Source of the DNA: an uncultured bacterium
GTDB lineage: Bacteria; Patescibacteriota; Minisyncoccia; Phycocordibacterales; GWA1-40-21
Assembly (NCBI GenBank): GCA_903822075.1
Contig: CAIJNK010000021.1
Span: 13,112-77,111, forward strand
Direction of reading: 5' to 3'
DNA length: 64,000 nt
The position numbers and the translations under genes are program-made. This document shows, piece after piece, positions 46,951 to 56,565 of the stretch. The notes beneath the pieces were generated by a model, which was given only the letters and a program-made list of their open reading frames with translations, searched no databases and was not told where the DNA came from. The stretch's first letter is position 1. The number at the start of each line of letters is the position of its first letter.

Positions 46951-47018
46951 CTTCTCTTCCTTTCCATTTTCTATTTCTACTTGGATACTAACTCTTAGCA
47001 AAGCGGGAGTCAATGAGC

Positions 47019-48080
47019 TTACTCCAGGACCACTTTAGGGATATAACCTTTTCTCTTGAGAATAATCCAACCAATAATTATAAGAATGATTATAATTATT
47101 GTAGGGTGAATTGGCGAATAGATTTTGACCAATTCCCACATACTGACCCAGCTGACGTAAACGGACCCGCTTACTGTTTCTATATTATCGCCGAACAAAG
47201 TGTCCTGCTTGTTGGCATTGGCTAGATTATTATTTTCACCGGCAATAAGATTGTCTAAAGTTTTAGCTTGAACGGAATAGTTGTCATTTTCCAGGGATAA
47301 TTTTTCTCTCTGTGTTTCAGCCTGAGAAGCCAGGAAAGATTCCTCGTTTTTCAAAGTTGCTATTACAGTGGAACTGGTTGCCGTCTCCAGCTTGGCCTGA
47401 ACCGTGACCAGGGCAGACTGAATATTTTGCAATTCGCCATTAATCTGATTAACAGTCTTAGCATGGGCAACAATCAAGCTGGCTTTCTGCTTGTTCAGAT
47501 CAGCCAGGCTCGTAGTGGCCTGATTTTGCCATTGCTCAATCCCCTGCTTTTGTCCCAAAAGGTTTGTGGAGGAAATGGTTTCTGAATATAACTTCTCATG
47601 CGTCAGCTTCTCCATCTGATCCCTGAAAGCGTCAAACTTGCTCTTGGCTACAATAAAAGTAATCCGCCCACTTTCCTCTGAGGAATACAAGCTATCAACC
47701 CGACCATCGGCCCCTTTAATGATATTATTCACATTCGTGATGGTATCCTTTACCGCTCGGGATTTTATACTGGCGGAATAACTTACCTTTTGAAACTCCC
47801 GGGTATCCGTCACTGAAGGCTGCTGGTTACCACCATAATTATAATAATCCGGCATCATCTTATTGACCACACCTGACTCGGCGCTACCAGCACTTGGCGG
47901 CAATAAATTGGAGACATTTCCTGCTCTTGCACCACTCGAATAAAAAACTTGAGTTTGGAGAAAACAAAATATTCCCCACAAAGCCAGAACAACGACAATA
48001 GCTATAATGCTCGTTATAAATTTCCAGCGCTTAATCCTGATAATTTTCCCTGGATTCACGGCTACCTCATTTTCACTCAT
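47019..48080 (-). CDS. Membrane protein with N- and C-terminal TM helices and a long coiled-coil ectodomain (DUF4349-like architecture).
   Basis: TM at ~aa 25-45 and at the C-terminus (HPTIIIIILIIIGWIIL). Heptad-rich centre. Confidence 0.5.
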   Translation of the reverse strand: MSENEVAVNPGKIIRIKRWKFITSIIAIVVVLALWGIFCFLQTQVFYSSGARAGNVSNLLPPSAGSAESGVVNKMMPDYYNYGGNQQPSVTDTREFQKVSYSASIKSRAVKDTITNVNNIIKGADGRVDSLYSSEESGRITFIVAKSKFDAFRDQMEKLTHEKLYSETISSTNLLGQKQGIEQWQNQATTSLADLNKQKASLIVAHAKTVNQINGELQNIQSALVTVQAKLETATSSTVIATLKNEESFLASQAETQREKLSLENDNYSVQAKTLDNLIAGENNNLANANKQDTLFGDNIETVSGSVYVSWVSMWELVKIYSPIHPTIIIIILIIIGWIILKRKGYIPKVVLE

Positions 48081-48166
48081 AAAATTAGATTAATTAGCTG
48101 ATAAATATTGACATATCTTAACACAAAAAAGTTTAAGAAACACCAAACAGCACCGGTCATCAGTTT

Positions 48167-49543
48167 TTACTTATGCCTGATTATCTTCCTCAGCGTCACA
48201 AAGTCTATTTTTGGCAGGCTGTCATCCGTCTTGCAAATCTCCTCGTACTTATCAAAAAGTTCCAGAAAATCCAGACTTACCAAGACTTGTCTGATAGTTT
48301 TAAAACCAAAATTGCGCTGAATGGCTTGGAGTATTTCATAACCGACAACATAAAAGAACCCCATACACTCAAAACCTTCTTGGCCGATCTTTAATAAATC
48401 CTCCATTCCTTGAGTATTCAAGAAACGGTTAAACTTATCAAACGCTTCAGGAACATCATAGTCTAAACCCTTCTCCCGATACCACTCTTCCAGACTATCC
48501 CCGGACACAGCCACCGCAAAACCTTCATCTAAAGTTCCTGCCAATATTTCTGCCTTATTACTATCGTTGACCTCATAAAGAGACTGCGCTGTTTCTCCCG
48601 TCTTTTGATTCCTCAACCAAATATGAAAAACCTCATGGGTAACACCGCCAATCACAACATTAACGGCCAGCGGATCACGGGCCAGACGAGCCAGATCGAC
48701 TTCAATTTTATTTTTATCCAAACACCGAAAGTCGGATCTTCGGTTAAGGGTAAATAAAACTTCAAAATCCTCCGCGATAAAATCAGGCAGGAGGACGGAC
48801 AGCCTTCTCTCGACTTCCCTTTTTATCTCCCCATATTTTCCGGCCAGCTCTTGGGCAATTTCCAAAATATCCTCCTTGCTCTGGCCAAGTTTTTGCTCTT
48901 TCAACAACTTTCCAATTTCCGTCTCATCAATGAACTTAAAAACCATTTTATCCAGATTAACTTCCGCTCTCTCAATATTCAAGTTGCCCTCTTTAAATTC
49001 TCTAAATTTCACCTTGAGGGAATCAAAATCGCCTATTCCAAGATCCCAGGAATCCAAACCTTCACCAAAAACTACCCGGCCATCCGCTTCAATATCTGCT
49101 CCAATTATTCCCCTGGTTGGATCGGTAATAACCCACTGACTTCCGTCATATACTCCGGCGTAAACATGGCCACCAGGACTCACTGAGGAGTCCTCGGATT
49201 CTAACCAACTCCTTTCGATAGTTTCAATATATTTTGTCGGGATTCCACTCGCTCTGGCCAAAGTGATAAAAACTAAGGCGTCATCCGTGCAACCAGTTAC
49301 ATAGTTATCAGAAATTATTTCTTCGGCGGTCCTTCTTCTAAAAACCCTATCTTTAACTTCCCGATTATTACTTTTATTTTCAAGCTTTCTGACCAGGTTA
49401 AAAATCAGCATTATTTTTTCTTCCAATGTACCTTCAAACCTGGAGGTAATTTCTCGGATATTTGGCGTAATCTGAGTTTGCGGCCCAGATTGCAAATACA
49501 AAGGCGCCTGTTCTTTTCCAACTAATTGTTCGGTGGTTCCCAT
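48167..49543 (-). CDS. Transglutaminase-like cysteine-peptidase-domain protein fused to a C-terminal HExxH (putative metallopeptidase-like) domain.
   Basis: GCTDDALVFITLARASGIPTKYI (TGase Cys motif), GGHVYAGVY (His), ITDPT (Asp). C-terminal GGVTHEVFHIWL. Confidence 0.5.
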   Translation of the reverse strand: MGTTEQLVGKEQAPLYLQSGPQTQITPNIREITSRFEGTLEEKIMLIFNLVRKLENKSNNREVKDRVFRRRTAEEIISDNYVTGCTDDALVFITLARASGIPTKYIETIERSWLESEDSSVSPGGHVYAGVYDGSQWVITDPTRGIIGADIEADGRVVFGEGLDSWDLGIGDFDSLKVKFREFKEGNLNIERAEVNLDKMVFKFIDETEIGKLLKEQKLGQSKEDILEIAQELAGKYGEIKREVERRLSVLLPDFIAEDFEVLFTLNRRSDFRCLDKNKIEVDLARLARDPLAVNVVIGGVTHEVFHIWLRNQKTGETAQSLYEVNDSNKAEILAGTLDEGFAVAVSGDSLEEWYREKGLDYDVPEAFDKFNRFLNTQGMEDLLKIGQEGFECMGFFYVVGYEILQAIQRNFGFKTIRQVLVSLDFLELFDKYEEICKTDDSLPKIDFVTLRKIIRHK

Positions 49544-49666
49544 GCGTCAAATGGTATCACAAAATCCACGGAAAAAATATGACGAAATAAAAAGGGCCGT
49601 CTGCGGGATGATAACACCCGCAGCCGGCCTGATTCAAAACTCAACTTCACTAAACCCAAAAGCCAC

Positions 49667-50713
49667 TCACCAATTCAGATCCGGATCCGTCAGATCCAGA
49701 TTAGGATCAAGCAGGCGAACGAATGGCAGTTGCTCCGCCACCGATGTTTGATTGAAGTCGCTCCGATCGAAAATCGTTTTCCCCGACAGGAACAGAATAT
49801 CCTCATCATTCATCAAGGCTAAAAGCAGAGCGGGATTTACGCCAGAGATCTTCTTCTGCACAAACTCATAGACCCTGGCCATGACACCTTCAGCGCCTTC
49901 CGCGTTCACTCGCTCATAGAGTTTATACATCTCGGGCTTAACCTGTTGAAAGATCCGCGCCTCCGGTGAATTTTCGAAACAGACCCGGCCAGCCAAGATT
50001 GATTCCCGACAAATAGCCATAATCAGCCTGTTCACCCTCTCCCGTTGATAACGGCCCAGTTGGTTGATGAGCTCGGTCACGTTCCGTGTTTCATCTTCCG
50101 GCAACAGTCGCCGCTTTACCAAGTCGTTGTAATCGGAAGTAATAAAACCGATTTTATCGGCTATCATGGTCACGCTAGCTTCGGCACTCATCTGCCTAAC
50201 ACTGTTCATTTCACCATTACCACGCGAATGATAAAGAATACCCGAAAGTGTTTGGTGGGTAGCGTTCACCCCTTTGCCCAAGCGCTCAATCCTCTGTAAA
50301 CGAATGACACCAAACACTTCGTGCCGAAACTCTTTGCCCAGACAAGAGCTCAGAAATTTTTCCCCCACGTGCCCAAACGGTACATGACCACCATCATGCC
50401 CCATAGACATGGCCCTGACCAGGTCGACATTCAAACCCAGAATGTCCGCAATCATGGTGGCAATACTAACCACTTCCATCGTGTGACTGGCCCGGTTCCG
50501 GATCAAGCCATTCTGTGGTGAAGACACCACTTGAGTCTTGAACTGCAACTGGCGGGAGGCCTTTGACGGACCGATCTTGGTGTCCGCATCTTGCCGATAC
50601 GGCTGGTGATCACTGATCACCAGATCCTCATCCTCGACGTATCGCCGCCGCGCCTCACCGTCATCGGTTCTCAGGTGGGATAAGTTCCCCAGTTCTTCCA
50701 GCTCTATTCTCAT
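49667..50713 (-). CDS. dgt: dGTP triphosphohydrolase-like HD-domain protein.
   Basis: HTMEVVSIATMIA .. GHDGGHVPFGH (HD .. H.PFGH of the Dgt family). ATG at 50713 with SD. The ORF-track start is a TTG. GC-rich. Confidence 0.65.
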   Translation of the reverse strand: MRIELEELGNLSHLRTDDGEARRRYVEDEDLVISDHQPYRQDADTKIGPSKASRQLQFKTQVVSSPQNGLIRNRASHTMEVVSIATMIADILGLNVDLVRAMSMGHDGGHVPFGHVGEKFLSSCLGKEFRHEVFGVIRLQRIERLGKGVNATHQTLSGILYHSRGNGEMNSVRQMSAEASVTMIADKIGFITSDYNDLVKRRLLPEDETRNVTELINQLGRYQRERVNRLIMAICRESILAGRVCFENSPEARIFQQVKPEMYKLYERVNAEGAEGVMARVYEFVQKKISGVNPALLLALMNDEDILFLSGKTIFDRSDFNQTSVAEQLPFVRLLDPNLDLTDPDLNW

Positions 50714-50792
50714 TCTGCTTTCCCTTTCTTTTGATTTTACAAGTTTCTTATATCTCAATCCATCCTAGCACAAACCGGTCCAAAAACCAGCC

Positions 50793-52019
50793 CTATAAAA
50801 ATAATAAATTCCGGTCCAAATCATCAGTTTGCGTACCTTTTTCCTTATGTTTCAAAGCCTGATGGGTGGAGGCCAGATAGACCAACCGTTTACCAAATTT
50901 TTCTTCCAGCGAATCTATTTGTTTATGGACCAATTCAAACTTGTCCGCCTTGGCTTTCCCGCCAAACAAATCACCCTGAACCGCGTAGTTAGAAATGAGC
51001 TCCTGCAAAGTCACGCCGGTAGTTCGGTAAAGAATCCCACGCCGGTGCATCTCAGGAAATTTATTTTCCGCCAAAGCGGTGATGATTTCGGGAGCGTTGG
51101 TGGGCGAAGAAAGCTTTACGGCGCAAATGTAATATTTGAAATCCTGCGCTTTAAGAAAAAAGGAGACTTTTTTGGGTACCAAATCATAATGTCGAGCTTT
51201 AGCACAAGCCTCCTCGATATTTTTTGATAACTGAGACAGGAGAAAAGTCGGGTTATTTGTTAGCGGATGAAAAGTGCGCGTTTTCTGAATAGAAGAGTAG
51301 ACGGTTTTTGGCACCGGATCTATCTTGAATAAATATTCGCCCCGAAGCTCCCGCCAAAGCTCTTCGTAAGGCTTGGCTAAATTATTTTTGACCCAGGCCA
51401 GATCCTTATTTATAAAATCCCCGGCCAGCCGGATATTTCTTCTTTGCAAAAATTCCGCTGTTTTGGGACCAATACCCCAAACTTTTTCCACGGGGATTTT
51501 CCGTAAAAAATCCAGGGCTGTTTCTTTTTTAATTACGGTCAGACCGTTAGGTTTCACCCATTTTGAAGCCACTTTGGCTAAAACTTTGGTTGGCGCCAAA
51601 CCGATCGAAATGGAAAGATGAAGTTCTTCATTTATTTCTTTTTTGATCCTTTCCGCTATCTGTAAATATGAGAGTTTGAGCGGCCGGTCCAAGCCGGTAA
51701 GATCGGCAAAACATTCATCGATACTATACTCCTCCACTTCGTCCGCGTATCGGCGCACGATGTCAAACATCAAGGCGGAATAACGGGAGTAGGCAGCATA
51801 ATCACCAGGTAAGATTATCACTTGTGGAAAATCTTTTTGCACTCGAAAAATGGGCATGCCACGGACAATACCAATAGCTTTGGCTTCATAGGACAAGGCA
51901 GAAACTATTCCCCGTTCCTCGCCAGTCACCACGGGCCGGCCTTTGAGCTTGGGATTTTTAGCCGTTTCCACGCCCACAAAAAAAGCATCACCGTCCATGT
52001 GTAAAATAACTTTTTCCAT
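50793..52019 (-). CDS. dinB: DNA polymerase IV (Y-family, DinB).
   Basis: ILHMDGDAFFVGVE (matches IIHVDMDCFFAAVE), palm/fingers/little-finger layout, 408 aa. Confidence 0.85.
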   Translation of the reverse strand: MEKVILHMDGDAFFVGVETAKNPKLKGRPVVTGEERGIVSALSYEAKAIGIVRGMPIFRVQKDFPQVIILPGDYAAYSRYSALMFDIVRRYADEVEEYSIDECFADLTGLDRPLKLSYLQIAERIKKEINEELHLSISIGLAPTKVLAKVASKWVKPNGLTVIKKETALDFLRKIPVEKVWGIGPKTAEFLQRRNIRLAGDFINKDLAWVKNNLAKPYEELWRELRGEYLFKIDPVPKTVYSSIQKTRTFHPLTNNPTFLLSQLSKNIEEACAKARHYDLVPKKVSFFLKAQDFKYYICAVKLSSPTNAPEIITALAENKFPEMHRRGILYRTTGVTLQELISNYAVQGDLFGGKAKADKFELVHKQIDSLEEKFGKRLVYLASTHQALKHKEKGTQTDDLDRNLLFL

Positions 52020-52105
52020 GGAACCAGTATAACACAGAGTGAACGAACGTTCACCAACCCGTTATCTCAGATAGTGCTTGATCCAAATTCTTTTAAACTA
52101 GAAAA

Positions 52106-52924
52106 TTATAAGGTGGTTTGCGCACTTATTTCATTTGTCGTGGCATCATAATTAATCCTGACACTTTTCCCTACCGACGGGGGTGTGGTCATGGGCTCTC
52201 CTACTTTTTGTTCGGCAAAATTATAAACGGCCTGCCCGTCAAGAATCTCGAGTGTCTGCGGCGCGATCCGATCACCCAAAAACACAGTGTTGGTAGCCTT
52301 ATAACCGGTACCGGTATTTATCAACAATTCCGCGTAATAAAAAGTTCCGCTGCCACCGGGACTTTCTGTCAGCCAAACGGCTTTGTCCAAAAGACCATCG
52401 CTGTTCAAATCCCCCGCTACCGGCTCGCCAAACGTTTTGTAATCGGCAAACTGAACTGATTGAGCCATGCTATCAGCCAGATTATCAACATTAAACGTGG
52501 TGCGCTCGTTCTTACATTCGGTTTTCTGCGGATCATCATAATTATCACACTGAACCGCTCGGAGGGTAAAATTCAAAGTAATGACTTTATCATTTTTTAA
52601 AAAAGCATAAGCATAGGTTGTATAGATACTGCCCGCTGCCCCCTCAGAACTGACCGTCACACAATAGGCCTGTGAATTAATTATTCTTTTCGCGCAGTTA
52701 AGTGGACCGTCAGTCACAACCACCTGGGGTGGCCAAGTCACAGCGTGGATATATTTAGTGGCAAGTACGAGTGGGTAAACAAAAGTGACATTGGTCTCCG
52801 AGATTGGGTTGGGATTTGGTGTAACCAAGCTTGACACCTTATTCTGACTGTAGATAAAATAACCCGCTGCGCTTATTATGATAAGTAAAATCAAAGAGAA
52901 AATTATCTTATGTATTTTTGTCAT
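52106..52924 (-). CDS. Secreted hypothetical protein with an FG-GAP/VCBS-like Ca-binding repeat.
   Basis: Signal peptide/TM MTKIHKIIFSLILLIIISAAG. GDLNSDGLLD motif. Confidence 0.5.
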   Translation of the reverse strand: MTKIHKIIFSLILLIIISAAGYFIYSQNKVSSLVTPNPNPISETNVTFVYPLVLATKYIHAVTWPPQVVVTDGPLNCAKRIINSQAYCVTVSSEGAAGSIYTTYAYAFLKNDKVITLNFTLRAVQCDNYDDPQKTECKNERTTFNVDNLADSMAQSVQFADYKTFGEPVAGDLNSDGLLDKAVWLTESPGGSGTFYYAELLINTGTGYKATNTVFLGDRIAPQTLEILDGQAVYNFAEQKVGEPMTTPPSVGKSVRINYDATTNEISAQTTL

Positions 52925-53078
52925 GAGTATAGTATAACATTTAAATATTAATTCCGTCTTACAAAATAATTTGACAATTACCGATTATGAGAATAACCTT
53001 AAAAACAGAAGCTAAATAGCTAAAAAGAGCTGTTGGCAAAAACGGCCGGAAACGGCAAAACAAAAAGGAGAAGACGCG

Positions 53079-53858
53079 ATGAAGAGATACGGAAATGGCT
53101 CGGCAGTGGCAATGGCAATGCAGAATTTTATCGAGTTGAGCCGAAACCCCTACCCGGGCCGCGGAATTATCACGGGCGTAAGCAGCGATTCCGCTTACCT
53201 GGTCCAGGTCTACTGGATCGAGGGTCGAAGTGATAACAGCCGCAACCGCGTCTTCAGCATTGAAGGCGGCCGGGTGTTTACGGAAGCGGCCGATCCGGCA
53301 AAAGTGAAGGATGGCAGTCTGATCTTTTACAACGCCATGGACGAATACGACGGTAACTACGTGGTGAGTAACGGCGATCAGACCGACGACGTCATGAAGA
53401 TGCTGCGGCGATCAGCGGGTATCCGTTTGCACGATGCCCTGCTCGGACGATTTCATGAGCCGGACAAACCGAACTTTACGCCGCGGATCACCGGTCTGAG
53501 TCGGATCAACCCCGGTAAAGACATGAACGAGCTTTCCATTCTCCGGAAATCCGACCTGGCTGACTGCGAGCGAGCCTACATTGTCTATAACAGGACCACG
53601 GCGGGTTTCGGCTTCTGCGTTACGACTTACGATGGAGATGATGACCCTCTGCCGTCGTTTGAAGGTGGACCGTACCCACTGCCAATTTTAGGTAGTGTGA
53701 ACGACGTGGCTGAAACCTACTGGTCCATCCTCGACAAGATGAACCGAGTTGCCATCGCGGTGAAGTTTATCAGCATCTCCACCGGCGAGTCGAAGATTCG
53801 GGTAATCAATCAGAACACCAAGAAAGTCCCGCCGAATCCGCCGACCGCCCAAGTGTAA
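53079..53858 (+). CDS. PurO-like (archaeal-type IMP cyclohydrolase family) protein, GC-rich cassette.
   Basis: YWIEGRSDNSRNR and VVSNGDQTDDV resemble PurO YRVSSRSFPNR / VVSNGSHTDTI. SD AGGAG. Own terminator. Confidence 0.45.
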   Translation: MKRYGNGSAVAMAMQNFIELSRNPYPGRGIITGVSSDSAYLVQVYWIEGRSDNSRNRVFSIEGGRVFTEAADPAKVKDGSLIFYNAMDEYDGNYVVSNGDQTDDVMKMLRRSAGIRLHDALLGRFHEPDKPNFTPRITGLSRINPGKDMNELSILRKSDLADCERAYIVYNRTTAGFGFCVTTYDGDDDPLPSFEGGPYPLPILGSVNDVAETYWSILDKMNRVAIAVKFISISTGESKIRVINQNTKKVPPNPPTAQV

Positions 53859-53879
53859 GTACGGGCAAGCGCCAAGCTG

Positions 53880-53913
53880 CCGCCAGTTTACGAGTGACTG
53901 GCGGCTTTTTTTA
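53880..53913 (+). terminator. Intrinsic terminator GCCGCCAGT-loop-ACTGGCGGC followed by TTTTTTT.
   Basis: 9-bp perfect stem immediately after the PurO-like gene. Confidence 0.65.
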
Positions 53914-53944
53914 TTCAAGGTTTTATGCTAGATTTATATTTCAC

Positions 53945-54031
53945 GGAGACGTGTCAGAGTGGTCTAATGTGCCTCTTTGCTAAAGAGGTGGGGTTTAATC
54001 GCCCCCGCTGGTTCGAATCCAGCCGTCTCCG
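53945..54031 (+). tRNA. tRNA-Ser (anticodon GCT), long variable arm.
   Basis: Acceptor GGAGACG/CGTCTCC. Anticodon stem-loop CCTCT-TTGCTAA-AGAGG. Variable arm GTGGGGTTTAATCGCCCCCGC. T-arm TGGTTCGAATCCA. Confidence 0.8.
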
Positions 54032-54078
54032 CAGTTTTAAACCTATCCATGTTTTATTTAATATGTTAAAATTCTCTC

Positions 54079-55626
54079 GTGAGAAAGATTATTTTAATTT
54101 CGACATCATCTTTATTATTACTCCTAGGTGTTATATTTTTATGTTTTCATCTTTATGGAAACAATTCGTTTCCATTTAGTAATATTTTTAAAGCCGAACT
54201 GACTCCCCTAGCTCTAAACCAGCAAGATATTTCCAACTTAACAAAACCAGCAGTGGTAAGTATTTATAACCAAACTGTGGGAGACGTGACAATTCCATAC
54301 TTTGAATTCGATTGGGATAAACTGGATATAGTTTTTCCTCAAGATAAAAAGCCGACAGTAAAATCCATCAATGATTACGTGCGCGGTAGCGGCTTCATTA
54401 TCAGCGAAGACGGTTATATTTTGACAAACTCCCACGTCGTATCAGATCTAGCTTACCCCAGGACAATTGCCTATCAGCTGTTGGAGACGGCTTTCAAAAA
54501 AGCTTTTGACTCACCGGCAGTACTAAAACAGCTGGAAGTAAAATTAAAAGATATGAACGTAAAAAGCACTGACGCCGAACAATTCGGCGTTGATCTAGCG
54601 CTTAGGCTGGGAGAAAAGCTAATGTCAAAAATAACCGTTAATGTTTCGCAAAAAATAATTGTCCTTGATAATTCCTCCCCGAGCGACAAGCTCTCCGATG
54701 CTCTAGATCAGGGATACCCAGCAGAAATCACCTATGTAAATAATAATTATTTTAGCGACGAAAAAGATGTGGCCATAATCAAAATTCCCGCAACTAACCT
54801 GCCGACACTCAATATAAATGCAGATGGGGAGATAAACAACGGCCAAGAAATTTATATTTATGGCTATCCCTCATCTGGGCAATTTAACAAAGATGACATT
54901 AGCGAACCGACTTTTACTCCCGGAAGCGTCAGTGGACTCAAAGATAGCCGGGCAAAAAGTTTCAAAGTGATCCAAACCGATGCCAAAGTCTCCCCGGGTT
55001 CGAGCGGTGGCCCATTACTGAATACCAACGGTGCGGTAATAGGATTACTGACTTACGCTTCCAGTGCCGGCACATCTGGTGACGCCTTCGGTTTCGCCAT
55101 TCCAATATCAATTGCCAATGACATATTGAAAGAAAAAAATATCACCCTCAAGGATAGCGCATGGACAGAGCACTTTAAAAGCGGCCTGACTTACCTGCAA
55201 AATAATCGCTGTGAAAAAGCCATCAATGATTTTAAGATTAGCCGGGGGGTAGAAATTGATCCTTCAACCCAAGGAAACATTGATTCGTATATCAAAACCT
55301 GTACTGAGATAATTTCGTCAGGCAAATCGATAGATACGCCTTTCGACGAGATTAAAGTAAAACTAAACAAAATTGGCGGTTTATACCTATTGCTAGGAGG
55401 GTTAATTATCACGATCCTAGGCCTAGCCGTTTATATTATCCGGAAATTATTAAAAAAGATTGCCAGCTATGAACAGGTTGGGGGTCCAAGCCACCCGGTA
55501 AACCCCGACTTGTTAAACTATATCCAAACCGCCCGAAATTCTGGCTTATCCGATGAGCAAATAAACCTAAACTTAAAAGCAACTGGTTGGAGCCAGGAAG
55601 AAATAACATTAGGATTAAAAAGATAA
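54079..55626 (+). CDS. Membrane-anchored trypsin-like serine protease (S1C/HtrA-like) with a C-terminal TM segment and cytoplasmic tail.
   Basis: GSGFIISEDGYILTNSHVV (His), catalytic Asp region, SPGSSGGPLLN (Ser). N-terminal anchor. GTG start at 54079 preceded by TGTTAAAAT + 6 nt. Confidence 0.65.
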   Translation: MRKIILISTSSLLLLLGVIFLCFHLYGNNSFPFSNIFKAELTPLALNQQDISNLTKPAVVSIYNQTVGDVTIPYFEFDWDKLDIVFPQDKKPTVKSINDYVRGSGFIISEDGYILTNSHVVSDLAYPRTIAYQLLETAFKKAFDSPAVLKQLEVKLKDMNVKSTDAEQFGVDLALRLGEKLMSKITVNVSQKIIVLDNSSPSDKLSDALDQGYPAEITYVNNNYFSDEKDVAIIKIPATNLPTLNINADGEINNGQEIYIYGYPSSGQFNKDDISEPTFTPGSVSGLKDSRAKSFKVIQTDAKVSPGSSGGPLLNTNGAVIGLLTYASSAGTSGDAFGFAIPISIANDILKEKNITLKDSAWTEHFKSGLTYLQNNRCEKAINDFKISRGVEIDPSTQGNIDSYIKTCTEIISSGKSIDTPFDEIKVKLNKIGGLYLLLGGLIITILGLAVYIIRKLLKKIASYEQVGGPSHPVNPDLLNYIQTARNSGLSDEQINLNLKATGWSQEEITLGLKR

Positions 55627-55628
55627 AC

Positions 55629-56120
55629 CTACTCGTGTAGGCGTTCGGAGTTTTCTTTCTCCACTTTTTCATCACTATAAGAAATCTTCTTGAAACCTTT
55701 TTCCACATACCAAAGAATGGTGAAAATCAAAAGGGTCAGCAAAGCGGAAATGATGGCCAAATAATACAAGCCAAAACCAGCGGCCATACCAATACCGGCC
55801 GCTACCCACAAACCGGCCGCGGAGGTCAGGCCGGAAGTTCTCATGTCCGTATTGTTATGAAAAACCAACCCGGCACCGATAAAACCAATACCGGAGATAA
55901 TAGCCGGACCTAATACTATCGGGTTGAAGGCGACTGTACCGATTAATCTTTCACTAACCAATAACGAGACCAGGGCAAATAGGCTTGAGCCCATAGAAAC
56001 CAGAGCATAAGTTCGCATCCCCGCCGTCTTTCCCGCCAAAGTCCTCTCCACCCCCACCAACCCGCCGAGCAAAAGCGCGATTACCAACCTCATTAAAATA
56101 TCAATTGTTGTAAGTTCCAT
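55629..56120 (-). CDS. mgtC: MgtC/SapB family membrane protein.
   Basis: LMRLVIALLLGGLVGVERTLAGKTAGMRTYALV N-terminal MgtC signature, 163 aa. Confidence 0.7.
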   Translation of the reverse strand: MELTTIDILMRLVIALLLGGLVGVERTLAGKTAGMRTYALVSMGSSLFALVSLLVSERLIGTVAFNPIVLGPAIISGIGFIGAGLVFHNNTDMRTSGLTSAAGLWVAAGIGMAAGFGLYYLAIISALLTLLIFTILWYVEKGFKKISYSDEKVEKENSERLHE

Positions 56121-56157
56121 TTGTTTTTAAATTAATTAATAAAGTCTCCTTAAAATT

Positions 56158-56508
56158 TTAAACCCTTAAACTATTCATACATTTTTCAGCCAAAGCAGAA
56201 TAAAAAGCTGGTCTAGACCTCCAATCATTCTCGGAAGAATTAATTATCATATCTATAATATCAGAATCACTGTACCGGCTCACTAAATCATTCCTCATAG
56301 CTAATGTAGCATTCGATATTGGCCCGTTCAATCCATCAATATATGCTTTGATTTCAAATGCTGTAACCATTGCATCGAGTTTCAGTTTTGTTGGTTTTTC
56401 TATAGCTTTCTTCCCAAAATCGACTTGAATAGCTTGCGCTGCTTCTAGGTGTTCAGATGTCTTACCTTTAGGAATCCTATCTTTAGGAAATTGTAAAAAT
56501 TCATTCAT
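56158..56508 (-). CDS. Hypothetical protein, 116 aa.
   Basis: Clean ORF. No motif recognised. Confidence 0.4.
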   Translation of the reverse strand: MNEFLQFPKDRIPKGKTSEHLEAAQAIQVDFGKKAIEKPTKLKLDAMVTAFEIKAYIDGLNGPISNATLAMRNDLVSRYSDSDIIDMIINSSENDWRSRPAFYSALAEKCMNSLRV

Positions 56509-56565
56509 GCTTTTGTTTAATTATTAATAATTTCAATTATATCATATATTTGCTAAGATACGGTA

